A DNA stretch of 64,000 nt, from the IMG/VR virus record IMGVR_UViG_3300031992_000019. The stretch is one strand, 5' to 3'. Both the position numbers and the translations under genes were made by a program. The first letter of the stretch is position 1. Each line of letters opens with the position of its first letter. The stretch is from a virus (taxonomy: Duplodnaviria; Caudoviricetes). The notes below the pieces were generated by a model. That model did no database searches. It saw nothing but the letters and a program-made list of their open reading frames with translations, and was not told where the DNA came from. Shown in pieces: positions 10,007-19,094 of this stretch.

Positions 10007-10882
10007 TTAGTGAATTAGACTTTCGGCGATTTTGCTAACCTCCTCCTTGGTCGGTTTGCCATCGCCCTTGGGATATGGTGTAGGACTTCCAGGCAGTTCG
10101 TGCTTGGTGATGTTGTTCGCGATGGAGGTGAGTTTCTCCTTGATGGCATCCTCCGTGGCATCGGCTGGAAGGACAAAACCCTCCTCGATGCGATAGTCGG
10201 GAATCTTGAGTTCCTTTGCCGTCTTGGTGATGAAGTCCTGTCTTGCACGTTGGGCACTCGCAGCCTTGGCAGCGTCAGCCTCGTCCTTCATGGCTTTGTA
10301 GCCTTTGGAGAGGTCATCGTTCTTCTTCTTCATCTCTTCGATGGTGGCGGCTTGTGCCTTGGTCTGCTCCTCGTGCTGCTTGCGGATTTCCTCGATGGTC
10401 TTCTGGTACTCCTCCTCGCGCTTCTTGCGGTCGTCTTCGGCCTGCTGCTGATAGAGCTTGAACCATTCTGGGATTTCCGTGTTCTTCTTCAACTCCTCCG
10501 CTTTGCGTGCCTCCTCCTCTGCCTTGGCTTTCGCCTTGGCTTCCTCATCGGCTTTCTTCTTTGCGGCTTCCTCCTCTGCGGCCTTCTTCTTGGCTGCTTC
10601 CTCTGCCGCTGCCTTTTTTGCCTCCTCTTCGGCGGCTTTCTTCTTGGCTGCTTCATCCTCCGCATCCTTCTTCGTCTTCGCAACCGCCTCATTGACACGC
10701 CTGTCATTCAGCTTTTGCAAATTCGCGAGATAGTCCGCTTGCTGTTCTACAACAAAACCGAGATTGTCATCTGTCACAAAACCGAGCTTCGCGAGGGCAT
10801 CGGCGTGCGAAGTGAGAATCTCATCACCCAACCCGAGGCTCGAATACCGCGTTTTGAGTGCCTGAAAAATCTTTTGTTTCAT
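10007..10882 (-). CDS. Capsid scaffold protein
   Basis: Coiled-coil with AAKKKAAEEE repeats; first gene of the head operon. Confidence 0.7.
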   Translation of the reverse strand: MKQKIFQALKTRYSSLGLGDEILTSHADALAKLGFVTDDNLGFVVEQQADYLANLQKLNDRRVNEAVAKTKKDAEDEAAKKKAAEEEAKKAAAEEAAKKKAAEEEAAKKKADEEAKAKAKAEEEARKAEELKKNTEIPEWFKLYQQQAEDDRKKREEEYQKTIEEIRKQHEEQTKAQAATIEEMKKKNDDLSKGYKAMKDEADAAKAASAQRARQDFITKTAKELKIPDYRIEEGFVLPADATEDAIKEKLTSIANNITKHELPGSPTPYPKGDGKPTKEEVSKIAESLIH

Positions 10883-10922
10883 TCTTTTTTATATATTGAT
10901 TTAAGTTTGTGTTTGTTTTTGG

Positions 10923-10932
10923 CGCAAAGATA
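10923..10932 (-). promoter_or_regulatory. Bacteroidota -7 promoter box upstream of the phage A head operon
   Basis: TATCTTTGCG on the - strand, ~40 bp upstream of the scaffold ATG. Confidence 0.55.
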
Positions 10933-11035
10933 TACCTTAATATCCTATTATTTGCATTTTAACGCGCCTTTCACGGCACTAAAAATTATTGTGCATAAAT
11001 CACACGTTTTAGGGGCAGAAAGTCCAGTAGAACGC

Positions 11036-11069
11036 AAAAAAAGAAGGCGCGTCTCACGACGAACCTTCT
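11036..11069 (-). terminator. Rho-independent terminator
   Basis: GAAGG-TTCGTC-GTGA-GACGCG-CCTTC followed by T7 on the - strand. Confidence 0.7.
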
Positions 11070-11285
11070 CAAAATATTTCTCTCTTAATACTAATGGTCG
11101 GACTCTACGAACCTCACGGCGGGTAGAGGGTCTTTTGCATTGACTTACTTGTCTGCAACGCAAAATGAAATGTAATCAACTCAAAATTCTTAAACCAATT
11201 AAATCCCGAAACACTACGAACCATCGCGGCGGGTAGTGCTGGTGTGCGCATTGACTTACTTGTGTGCAAAACGCACGGTTGTTAT
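11036..11285 (-). ncRNA. Candidate ~250-nt ncRNA containing two copies of a two-hairpin motif
   Basis: Copies at 11103-11165 and 11211-11276 share TGCA-nAC-AAGTAA-GTC-AA-TGC and CTAC-CCGCC-GYGA-(T)GGTTC-GTAG with compensatory stem changes; flanked by a promoter box and a terminator. Confidence 0.6.
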
Positions 11286-11291
11286 TGCCTA

Positions 11292-11301
11292 TGCAAAGAT
11301 A
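11292..11301 (-). promoter_or_regulatory. -7 promoter box for the candidate ncRNA
   Basis: TATCTTTGCA immediately upstream of the motif, with no convincing CDS before the terminator. Confidence 0.6.
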
Positions 11302-11386
11302 CTAATTCTCAAGCAAGTCACAACAACACGCACGGATGAAAAGCACTTTTGAAATCACTCTAATAACGTATGAAGATGAGATTTGT

Positions 11387-11935
11387 TTATAACCATACTA
11401 ACTTTTTTCGGACGTATGCCATCCATCGAAAGTTAGAGTAGTAGCAGCCATTGTAGTTCTCGAAGTTGCCGAACATTCTCACATTGCCCGTAGGTACGTG
11501 AAGAAAGGCGAACTTTGAACCGCCGATGATTGTCTGGACGGCTTCGGCTAATGCCTTTGACCCGAACCCGTATCGCTTGATGTAGGGCACGAAAACGGTC
11601 TTGAAGACATATTCGCTATCGGTAATATCGTTCTTCGGGTAGTAGGGCAGACACCCGTTGTGGGCGAAGAACACACCGCCGTCAGCCCCCGAAAAGAAGG
11701 GGTGGCAGTTGTCGAGGTTGACCGAGCCTTGGGTGGCAAACCTAAAATGGATGATGCAAGCCTCATTCTCTGGCACTTTGCCGAGCTGCTCTACGAACTC
11801 GCTAAACTTGAGGGTCTTGAATGAACGGCTCTTTGTGGCGAACCCCATGCCGTCTGGATTGGCTTGGTGACACGCGCGAAGGGTGGTTAACGAGGGCATC
11901 TTTGCGCCCGCTGGCTTTACGATGAGAATGCACAT
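11387..11935 (-). CDS. Class II (Ntn) glutamine amidotransferase
   Basis: N-terminal Met-Cys, NPDGMG, HFRFATQG, NCHPF, AHNG and TDSE motifs. Confidence 0.9.
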   Translation of the reverse strand: MCILIVKPAGAKMPSLTTLRACHQANPDGMGFATKSRSFKTLKFSEFVEQLGKVPENEACIIHFRFATQGSVNLDNCHPFFSGADGGVFFAHNGCLPYYPKNDITDSEYVFKTVFVPYIKRYGFGSKALAEAVQTIIGGSKFAFLHVPTGNVRMFGNFENYNGCYYSNFRWMAYVRKKLVWL

Positions 11936-12014
11936 ATTTTTGCTTGTATTGAATTTTCTTGATTGAGGTGATAACTTATGCGCCCGAAAGACGAAAGTCC
12001 GTTAGACGCGAAAT

Positions 12015-12047
12015 AAAAGGGGTAGGCGGGGCGGTTGCCCCAGCCTA
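12015..12047 (-). terminator. Terminator-like hairpin between amidoligase and GATase
   Basis: TAGGCTGGGGCAACCGCCCCGCCTACCCC-TTTT on the - strand. Confidence 0.45.
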
Positions 12048-12965
12048 TCACATATTCTCGATGCGGGTCTTGAAGTACCGCTTTTCGGCGGCGGTCAAGA
12101 AGGGGACATCGTTGATGTCGGTCACGTAGTGGTCGAGCACGTGGGTCTTCGACCAGCCTACGAGGGCGGCGCAGAACTTTACCCAATGTGAAATCTTGGC
12201 AAAGTTGGTAGTGCCGTGGTGCTGGCGAAACTCTACCGTGTGGTGAGATGACCAGCTCATCGGATTGAGCTTGTGGTAGCGGTCGTTACCCATGACGCGC
12301 TGAACATCTTCGGGGGTGGTACAGCGAGAGAAGTTGTAGTTGCGGATGGTGTGGCAGTAGGTGTTGGTGTCACCGCGACGCGAGGGTGCCATCCAAGTGT
12401 CGATAAGACCCTCGAGCTTCTGGTAGTTCTCAAAGCAGTTGCAGAACTGGTCATCGGTGAAGTCGGCGCAAGAGATATGTACGTGCAAACCGCAAGACTT
12501 GTTCACTTGTGCGCCAGTGGCATTCAATACACCACAAGCCTTCTCAAGTCGGCTCAAACCGCCTTCGCTCGAAAGTACGGGCGATACCATCTCGATAGGA
12601 TTGTTGCCGTAGGTGGTGTTGCGGTCAGGGCGAAGGCTGCTATCGGTCTTGAAGTCGAAGGTAGCATTGCCGTTGGTGTGGGCGTAGTAGCCGAGCCAGT
12701 TGTAAGACACGCCCGTTTCGGTGAGTCCGCGCTCAACTGAGCTACGATTGCAGAGGCACTCAATCTCAACACCAAAGGTGTAGGCGAAAGGTGCGATACG
12801 TGTGCGGATGGTCTGCGTGAGAACATCTACATATTGCTTTTTGATGTTCTCTATGTCCCAGCCAGTCAAGCCGAGAGCCTTCAGCTCGCGAACCTTGGTG
12901 TTGAGGGACTTGGTTGAGGTCATTACGTCGTTGATGGTCTGGTTGAGGGTCTTCATACGATTCAA
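12048..12965 (-). CDS. Putative amidoligase (COOH-NH2 ligase, glutamine synthetase-like fold)
   Basis: FGVEIE, DSSL, EMVSPVL, CGLHVH, RYHKLN and TVEFRQ motifs. Confidence 0.9.
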   Translation of the reverse strand: MNRMKTLNQTINDVMTSTKSLNTKVRELKALGLTGWDIENIKKQYVDVLTQTIRTRIAPFAYTFGVEIECLCNRSSVERGLTETGVSYNWLGYYAHTNGNATFDFKTDSSLRPDRNTTYGNNPIEMVSPVLSSEGGLSRLEKACGVLNATGAQVNKSCGLHVHISCADFTDDQFCNCFENYQKLEGLIDTWMAPSRRGDTNTYCHTIRNYNFSRCTTPEDVQRVMGNDRYHKLNPMSWSSHHTVEFRQHHGTTNFAKISHWVKFCAALVGWSKTHVLDHYVTDINDVPFLTAAEKRYFKTRIENM

Positions 12966-13027
12966 AAGTATTAAGAGGTGAATCGGGGTCGTTGCCCGTG
13001 CGGTCTTGGGTTTGTCCCTTTCGACAC

Positions 13028-13061
13028 CGCAAAGATAGGGGATTGTATTGGATTATCCAAA
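13028..13061 (-). promoter_or_regulatory. Bacteroidota sigma-A promoter for the amidoligase operon
   Basis: TTTG-N20-TATCTTTG. Confidence 0.7.
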
Positions 13062-13262
13062 TATTTTACGATAAATTTCCAATATTTTAACTCTTATTAA
13101 CGAATATCGTGCATATATTGGGTTTTCTAAACACATTTTAACACAAATATTGCACAAAAATAAGATTTTGAGGTAAAATCTGGCGATATGAAAACAAAAA
13201 TGCAGTAAGTCCTATTACATTATATAAATAAGATGGGGGCATCCAGAAGGACACCCCCTAAC

Positions 13263-13715
13263 TTAAAACGGCAAATCATCTTTTGGCATCGGGTATTCTT
13301 TCCCGTCGAGCCAAAATTTAAACCGCGCCTTGATATAATTCCACTCGCATTTAATCCTGTACCAGAGGGACGGCTTGCATTCCTCGCAGATGACATGCGT
13401 GCTTCCGTCGGTGACGATACATTTCACCTTCAAGTCATCTCCTACGGCTTGTTGCCATTTCACGTACCTCAAATATAGTACGACCTCATTGTATGTGGCT
13501 GGTCGGTAGTCCTCGCTCTCAAGTGCGTAGTCACTCCACCACAATCGTTCATAGACTCCGTTCTCGTCCTTCTTGCCCATTACATCCCTCTGGGTGTTGA
13601 TGGCGCAGTTGAAATATCCGTTTGGATAACACAAAGCTATTGCTCGCGTCTTGTCTTTGCTGGATTCCTCGTTCCACGACATGAAGGTGAGCTTGGTGTA
13701 TTTCTTAATCTTCAT
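13263..13715 (-). CDS. Hypothetical protein
   Basis: 150-aa ORF in a coupled - strand run, followed by a hairpin. Confidence 0.6.
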   Translation of the reverse strand: MKIKKYTKLTFMSWNEESSKDKTRAIALCYPNGYFNCAINTQRDVMGKKDENGVYERLWWSDYALESEDYRPATYNEVVLYLRYVKWQQAVGDDLKVKCIVTDGSTHVICEECKPSLWYRIKCEWNYIKARFKFWLDGKEYPMPKDDLPF

Positions 13716-13929
13716 AGATTCTAAATTTTAGATTATACTTCTTGGTTGCCTCTTGCAGGGCGGCTTCCGCGCGTTCCCTCTTCTTGAAGAGTTTCGGGGC
13801 AGACTCACTCACCTCTACCTTGGTGCAGACCACCCCGAACCTCCCCACGTAACTTCTAAACTTCGCGTTGGTGACAACCATCGAGCCGCTCCTTACGATA
13901 TACCTTCTCATTTGATATAGTCCTTCCAC
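13705..13929 (-). CDS. Hypothetical protein
   Basis: Overlapping, coupled small ORF. Confidence 0.5.
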   Translation of the reverse strand: MEGLYQMRRYIVRSGSMVVTNAKFRSYVGRFGVVCTKVEVSESAPKLFKKRERAEAALQEATKKYNLKFRIYED

Positions 13930-14195
13930 GGGTTGGAGGTGAACCGCCCGCTTGTGCCAGTGATTCTATCGGCTTCTCGCATCTCCTGCACCTTGGCATC
14001 CTCCCTCATCCTCTGGCGTTCCTTGCGCGATGGTTTGACCGTCTTCTCCTCGGCATAGACGCTGCATTCGGGGACATCGGTGCGGTTGTGCTTGCCCAGT
14101 CCGCAATATCCGTCCATCGGAGCGACGTGCTTGGGCACTTTCTTGGTGAAGGGGTGGAAATGAATACAATTTCCGCAGCATTTTTTAGTTTCCAT
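13908..14195 (-). CDS. Small Cys-rich hypothetical protein
   Basis: CCGNCIHF...GYC...C pattern common in phage early genes. Confidence 0.55.
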   Translation of the reverse strand: METKKCCGNCIHFHPFTKKVPKHVAPMDGYCGLGKHNRTDVPECSVYAEEKTVKPSRKERQRMREDAKVQEMREADRITGTSGRFTSNPWKDYIK

Positions 14196-15414
14196 CTTTT
14201 TTCAGTTTTGAGTTAAGTAATTCTTCCATCACGCCTATCCAGAAATAGGCGACATTGTTCAAGTCCATTCGTATTTGCGTCTTGCCCTCTATGGTGAGGT
14301 TGGTTTCCGCGCAGCTCCTTACCGTGTCCACGGAAATCATATTCTCGTCGGCGGCATCCTTGAGGGAAGGCCATATACCCTTGAAGGTGGCGCGTCCTCC
14401 GTTCATCTTGAGTCCGAAGACGAACTCCCCGTCAGGGTATATCTTGTAGAGGTCATTGAGGAACACCCTCGCGCTATGGTAGTCCATCTTGAGCATCGAC
14501 GTGGTGAAGGAGAACTGCTCATAGCACTCCATCGACCCGAAGTAGTATGGTGCGGAGAACATCTCGGAGAACCTCGGACTCTTGCCCTCGTCACCAGCCG
14601 CGATAATTAAATCTATGTTTTCATAGCGGAAGAGTGCCTTGATGCAGTCGAAGGCGGTCTTGTCCACATTGTAGGAGGTGAAGACACCCTTCACATCAAC
14701 AAGAAGTTGCTCGGCTACCTTGATGCCCTTGTACATCCTTCGCGTCTTGATTTTCTCCCAGAGTTCCCTCTCCTCTTTCGTGTAGAGGAATCGTATCGTC
14801 TTGCCGTTGACGTTCTTCAACTCAAGGGCATTGGCGAGAGATAGGATTTGTGTGTGTACCTTGAGGGAGCGGAAGGTGTCTATCTCTGCCAAGTCCTTGA
14901 ACGTGGAGCGGTAGTTGACGAACAACTGCGAGAAGAACATCAGTTTGAGGACATAAAGGCATAACGGTTTGTCCACTGGTGCGCACACCTTGAGGAGTTC
15001 CTTCTCTATGGCTTTACCGATGTTCTCCAGATGGGGGTCGATAATCTCCAAGGCTTTCTCCGTGGACAGACTCATACCCTCATACGCATCAGTATTGCCC
15101 ACGAAGTTCATCCTGTTGTTGAGTGAGTACATGAAGTCCGCGAGCTTGTCATAATACTTGTAGGAATTAGTGTATATGGTTTCGCAGAGCCTCAATACCT
15201 TCTCGTCAGTATATTCTTTCTTCGTGTGGAGCTTGTTCTTCACATTGCCCCTATCGAGGATTGCCCGTGAAAGTCCTATACACTTGTCGGTGACAATGGA
15301 GGCCATCGTGGTCATCGAATAGACTGGGATAGCTTCCAGTGCCCTCAATCTTGCAAGGAGTTCCGCGTTCTTGCTCGTATGTGTGGGTGGGGTGCGCGTC
15401 AAAGTGCCTGCCAT
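14185..15414 (-). CDS. Hypothetical protein with a possible C-terminal NUMOD1-like HTH
   Basis: 409-aa ORF; GIWPSLKDAADENMISVDTVRSC near the C-terminus. Confidence 0.6.
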   Translation of the reverse strand: MAGTLTRTPPTHTSKNAELLARLRALEAIPVYSMTTMASIVTDKCIGLSRAILDRGNVKNKLHTKKEYTDEKVLRLCETIYTNSYKYYDKLADFMYSLNNRMNFVGNTDAYEGMSLSTEKALEIIDPHLENIGKAIEKELLKVCAPVDKPLCLYVLKLMFFSQLFVNYRSTFKDLAEIDTFRSLKVHTQILSLANALELKNVNGKTIRFLYTKEERELWEKIKTRRMYKGIKVAEQLLVDVKGVFTSYNVDKTAFDCIKALFRYENIDLIIAAGDEGKSPRFSEMFSAPYYFGSMECYEQFSFTTSMLKMDYHSARVFLNDLYKIYPDGEFVFGLKMNGGRATFKGIWPSLKDAADENMISVDTVRSCAETNLTIEGKTQIRMDLNNVAYFWIGVMEELLNSKLKKDGN

Positions 15415-15608
15415 ACCAGACTCTCCAAATAGATGGACAACACGAAATGGCAGATTGTACCGAAGAGAATCCCGATTAGAGCGGATTGCTTCTCGTCTAT
15501 CTCATTACGGAAATACCAGAAGGCGATTCCAGAAAGTGTGACACCGAAAACCAGACTGAAGAAATACGCCATAAGTGACGTTCCAAAACATTTACCTAAT
15601 TTATACAT
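15399..15608 (-). CDS. Small two-TM membrane protein
   Basis: Two hydrophobic segments. Confidence 0.55.
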   Translation of the reverse strand: MYKLGKCFGTSLMAYFFSLVFGVTLSGIAFWYFRNEIDEKQSALIGILFGTICHFVLSIYLESLVWQAL

Positions 15609-15609
15609 A

Positions 15610-15972
15610 TCATTTGATTTTGCCTGACCACTTGCCCCTTGATAGAGGGGAAAGGAGGTCTATTCTGTTTGTGAATCTCTTGTTCATAGTGTCTTGTATA
15701 ACGTATCTGCCGTTCAGCGAATGTCCCTTGGAGATGAATAGTTGTATCGTGTCGCCATAGGAATAGGTCTTCAGCAAGTCCCGACTTACCGCGCACCACC
15801 TCAATTCTTTTACCCTCTTCGGGTCTATCCTCTTGTTGGATGCCGTGATTAGCGGAGTATCGTCACATTGCCCTTGGGTCGGATTGTAAACGGTTATCGT
15901 CACCTCTCGCCAGCCTTTCGCATTTGCGCCATACACTACTATAACGCACAAGAAAAGAAAAAATTTACGCAT
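15610..15972 (-). CDS. Secreted 3D (Asp-Asp-Asp) domain protein
   Basis: Signal peptide; TVY...QCD.TP.ITAS, AVSRDL, QDTM and RIDLL motifs. Confidence 0.75.
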   Translation of the reverse strand: MRKFFLFLCVIVVYGANAKGWREVTITVYNPTQGQCDDTPLITASNKRIDPKRVKELRWCAVSRDLLKTYSYGDTIQLFISKGHSLNGRYVIQDTMNKRFTNRIDLLSPLSRGKWSGKIK

Positions 15973-15975
15973 TGC

Positions 15976-16212
15976 CTACAATTCTTCCAACTCTTTTGCC
16001 ACCTTGTCGCGTTCCTCTTGGATTATATCGAGCATCTTGTTGAAGATTTCCCTTTCGATTTTGCTTTCTCTTTCCGTTTCCGCATTGCTGTTCGCGCAGT
16101 CTATATGTATCTTCACCCAATAATATCTATCGGTCTTGCACGCCAGTAGCGCATCGTATCGCTTTATCTTTTCTTGTAGCTTGTTCGCCTTTTCAAGTAT
16201 TTCTAAATCCAT
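15976..16212 (-). CDS. Hypothetical protein
   Basis: 78-aa coiled-coil ORF. Confidence 0.6.
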   Translation of the reverse strand: MDLEILEKANKLQEKIKRYDALLACKTDRYYWVKIHIDCANSNAETERESKIEREIFNKMLDIIQEERDKVAKELEEL

Positions 16213-16223
16213 ACTTTTTAAGT

Positions 16224-17015
16224 TTATGTTTTATTCATTTTCTTTGTACCGCCATTGACCAGATGATTGACCTTCTCACGGACTTTCTTGATATACCCCT
16301 CCGTCATTTCGATAAAGTTGGCATCGGTGTAGGACAGGGAGTAAATCAGAAGTGGGTTGTGGATGGTCGCGATAATCTGCGTGTTCTCCTTGTGGAAGTC
16401 CAAAACCGACTTGATTTGCTCGATATTGTCCAAGGAGAGGTTGCGGTCTGGCTCGTCCATAAGGATTGTCCACTCATCACCGATAATCTTGTGTGATTGG
16501 GTGTATTCGTAATACTGCGGATAGTTCTCCTTAAACTGGGAGTAGTCATATTTAAGACTTGCCTTGCCACCGAAGATGAAGTTGAAGAGATAATTAAGAG
16601 CGATTGTCACCCCCTCGCCAGTAGATGCATTGTTCTGCTCGATAGCCGTGCCGAACTCCTCAAAGGAATTAAGTGCCTCGTTGTGCATCTTCTCGTTGGT
16701 GTGTGATAACCTAAACGTATTCCTTACATAGTCGGCATACACGTCAACTCCATCGTGGAAACTCTTCTTGCCGAATCCCATGAACAACTTGTTGATGCTG
16801 TTGTTGAACAGACCCTTGTTGCAGTCGGAGTATTCTACCATAAGATACCTCTCAATCAATTTGAGGAGCGTTGTCTTTCCGCAGCCGTTCTCGCCTACAA
16901 TAATGTTCACACCCTCCCTGAAAATGTACTCTTTCCCGTTCTTGAAGTTGGGAAGGTCTGGAAGATAATGAAGGGGAGTGTTGGTATTGTCTTTGATTAT
17001 TACTTTCTCTACCAT
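16224..17015 (-). CDS. Stand-alone ABC-superfamily ATPase
   Basis: Walker A GENGCGKTT, degenerate signature STGEG, Walker B LMDEPD, H-loop ATIHN. Confidence 0.85.
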   Translation of the reverse strand: MVEKVIIKDNTNTPLHYLPDLPNFKNGKEYIFREGVNIIVGENGCGKTTLLKLIERYLMVEYSDCNKGLFNNSINKLFMGFGKKSFHDGVDVYADYVRNTFRLSHTNEKMHNEALNSFEEFGTAIEQNNASTGEGVTIALNYLFNFIFGGKASLKYDYSQFKENYPQYYEYTQSHKIIGDEWTILMDEPDRNLSLDNIEQIKSVLDFHKENTQIIATIHNPLLIYSLSYTDANFIEMTEGYIKKVREKVNHLVNGGTKKMNKT

Positions 17016-17016
17016 T

Positions 17017-17409
17017 TCACAAGGGTTTGTTAAGATTTATCACCATCTCATACACCGCATCAATGAGGTTATCTGCCGTTGTGCCTATTCCCTCGCCCCA
17101 TCCTATGCACTCTCCGTCCTCGTCGATGTAGTCGCAATGGTAGGCATCATCATAATACCCCATCATCTTGCTATAATCTCCGATTGTTTTGGGTAAGGTG
17201 TCAAACAATGCCGCCAGAGACCAACAAGGAATAGTAAGACCTTTTCTGAACGAAAATAAATTGTGGGAAATTGAAAAGGATTCTCCGAAATGTGGAGAGT
17301 AATTTTCTCCACTTGGGTCATCCGCTTCCAAATACATATCCGCACTTTCAATAGGTAGGATTTCCATTAACTCGCGGCATTGTTCTATGTCAGTATATGC
17401 TTTTACCAT
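17017..17409 (-). CDS. Phage hypothetical protein
   Basis: 130-aa ORF with ESADM and PCWSLAAL segments. Confidence 0.65.
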   Translation of the reverse strand: MVKAYTDIEQCRELMEILPIESADMYLEADDPSGENYSPHFGESFSISHNLFSFRKGLTIPCWSLAALFDTLPKTIGDYSKMMGYYDDAYHCDYIDEDGECIGWGEGIGTTADNLIDAVYEMVINLNKPL

Positions 17410-17592
17410 TGTTGTTTTGTTTCGTCACTCATATTCATCTTTGATGTTTAATTTTTTAACACACATAGGACAATAATGGGTTAATCTTGACGTCCCCCTC
17501 CACCTATCAGGAAGGGGAGCATCAGGGTCAAGTATTTCGCTTAAAGTACCGCAGTTGTCGCAACTAAACTGCTTTAATTCGTATATCATATA

Positions 17593-17719
17593 GGGTTATA
17601 AAGCAGCCGTACTTTCGTATGGTTGGATAGATATGGGAAGTGGTGTTCCCATCGGTGGTTGAATTGAGTACATTGGCGGCATCTGAATCGCCCTACGAAC
17701 ATTTAACTCGGTTAGCCAC
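17593..17719 (+). repeat. Direct repeat copy 1 (at least 127 bp)
   Basis: Identical to 63874-64000. Confidence 0.97.
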
Positions 17720-17826
17720 TCTACAAGTTGGAGAAGTTCCTCCTTATATTGTGGGTTTTGGTCGGGAAAAGCCGCTTCTGCAACAAGTCTTTCTATTTCG
17801 GCATCTATGGTTATCTTGTCTATCAT
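17596..17826 (-). CDS. Hypothetical protein (3' part duplicated at the window end)
   Basis: 76-aa ORF. Confidence 0.65.
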   Translation of the reverse strand: MIDKITIDAEIERLVAEAAFPDQNPQYKEELLQLVEWLTELNVRRAIQMPPMYSIQPPMGTPLPISIQPYESTAAL

Positions 17827-17879
17827 AGCCGTAATTTTTTATTCGCGTTATTTAATACGGGTTATAGTTGTATTGTTAA

Positions 17880-18059
17880 TTATACTATTTCTCTAAAATA
17901 TCGGTCACTTCTTCCGCTTGCGTCCTCACAGGGCATAGGGTCGTTAATTCCAACTTTTTCACAGATTTTCTGCAATGCGCAATAATCGCAAGCGTCTGCA
18001 CCATGCTTATCTGTGGCGAATTCAACCCTCTTCCCAAAGATTTCAATTTCGTTTGCCAT
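17880..18059 (-). CDS. Small Cys-rich hypothetical protein (59 aa)
   Basis: Manual translation MANEIEIFGKRVEF...CDYCALQKIC... Confidence 0.5.
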   Translation of the reverse strand: MANEIEIFGKRVEFATDKHGADACDYCALQKICEKVGINDPMPCEDASGRSDRYFREIV

Positions 18060-18070
18060 AGTCGTATTGT

Positions 18071-18244
18071 TTATACTCGTTTTACATTGTTATCCTTAAT
18101 CCATTTTTCAAGGGATTCATTTGTTCTCTTTCTGCTTTTGTAATCTGGACAATAACTATACGGCTTTGTGAATTTCATAAGCATATAGCAATATCCGTCA
18201 AAATGCTGCCAAAAGCACCTTGTGCAATATCCGTGATTTGCCAT
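18071..18244 (-). CDS. Small Cys-rich hypothetical protein (57 aa)
   Basis: Manual translation MANHGYCTRCFW...YCPDY... Confidence 0.5.
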   Translation of the reverse strand: MANHGYCTRCFWQHFDGYCYMLMKFTKPYSYCPDYKSRKRTNESLEKWIKDNNVKRV

Positions 18245-18432
18245 AGCTTGCTGCTTTAGGGTGCATAACCTTTATATATCCATATAATATCACCGATTTT
18301 CCCAAAAAAACCCAAGTCTTGGTCAACGCGGAACTTCTTTTTTGACAATTTATCTAATGTTACTTTTGTTTTATTATCTTTTGCCATATTATATCACCTT
18401 TAGGGGTCAAATTATTTGGGGTTAGAATTGGT

Positions 18433-18642
18433 CTATGATTTTCGTATCAATGCTGCTGATGATGAAACTGTTTGTCCATCCTTGATAAGGGAGACAGATT
18501 CTATCTCTGGTGACATATTGTATGGGTTAGTTGAAGCATAGTGTTCTTTGTATATACCTATTGCCTCCACAACATCGCTTGCCACTACCAGCCTTCCATT
18601 TATTTGATATACCTTTGTTGTACCTATATTTGCCATAGTCAT
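18433..18642 (-). CDS. Hypothetical protein
   Basis: 69-aa ORF with an AT-rich leader. Confidence 0.55.
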   Translation of the reverse strand: MTMANIGTTKVYQINGRLVVASDVVEAIGIYKEHYASTNPYNMSPEIESVSLIKDGQTVSSSAALIRKS

Positions 18643-18647
18643 AATTG

Positions 18648-19061
18648 TTAAAGTGTGATTTCAATTTCCGAACCACATAGCCTTAATGCTGCTTGGAGTA
18701 TGTGGACATAATGTCTGCAAGGGCTTTGGAAGGTCACCTCTCCATTACTCCAGCCATTGTTCCATCGCTCAATAAGCATTGAATCCTTGAAGCGATATTC
18801 AAGCCATCCATAATTTTCGATGGCATAGGTTGCACTGCTTAAATCAATGATAAATCCGCTTGAACGCATTATATCTTCAGAGATACGAATTGGTTCATAG
18901 CAGTCAAGTCCGCGATATACATCTGATTCGTCGGTCTGCACATAATGCTGCCCATTCGTTGTCATTATGCCAGTCACGCGGTGTGGCTCTTTTAATATTC
19001 TGTTGCCTTCGTCTATCTTTAACAAGACCCAAGCACAAAAAAACAATTCTTGAATATCCAT
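18648..19061 (-). CDS. Phage hypothetical protein
   Basis: 137 aa; EPIRISEDIM and YVHILQAALRLCG segments. Confidence 0.65.
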   Translation of the reverse strand: MDIQELFFCAWVLLKIDEGNRILKEPHRVTGIMTTNGQHYVQTDESDVYRGLDCYEPIRISEDIMRSSGFIIDLSSATYAIENYGWLEYRFKDSMLIERWNNGWSNGEVTFQSPCRHYVHILQAALRLCGSEIEITL

Positions 19062-19094
19062 AGTTTTATTTGTTTTGGTTTCACCCTTGCTGCT

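Larger units (their letters stand above)
1..17592 (-). mobile_element. Phage A (siphovirus-like, partial): tail, neck, capsid, accessory and early genes
   Basis: Co-oriented scaffold-decoration-capsid-neck-tail-chaperone-tape measure gene order; moderate GC distinct from the right-hand part. Confidence 0.9.

Noticed and set aside
10948-11163. 71-aa - strand ORF over the RNA motif
   Set aside because: Non-ATG start, crosses the terminator, and is not mirrored in the second motif copy
17593-17719. attL/attR of phage B
   Set aside because: The repeat is long, lies inside a small gene, and is >10 kb from the integrase; homology or assembly explains it better
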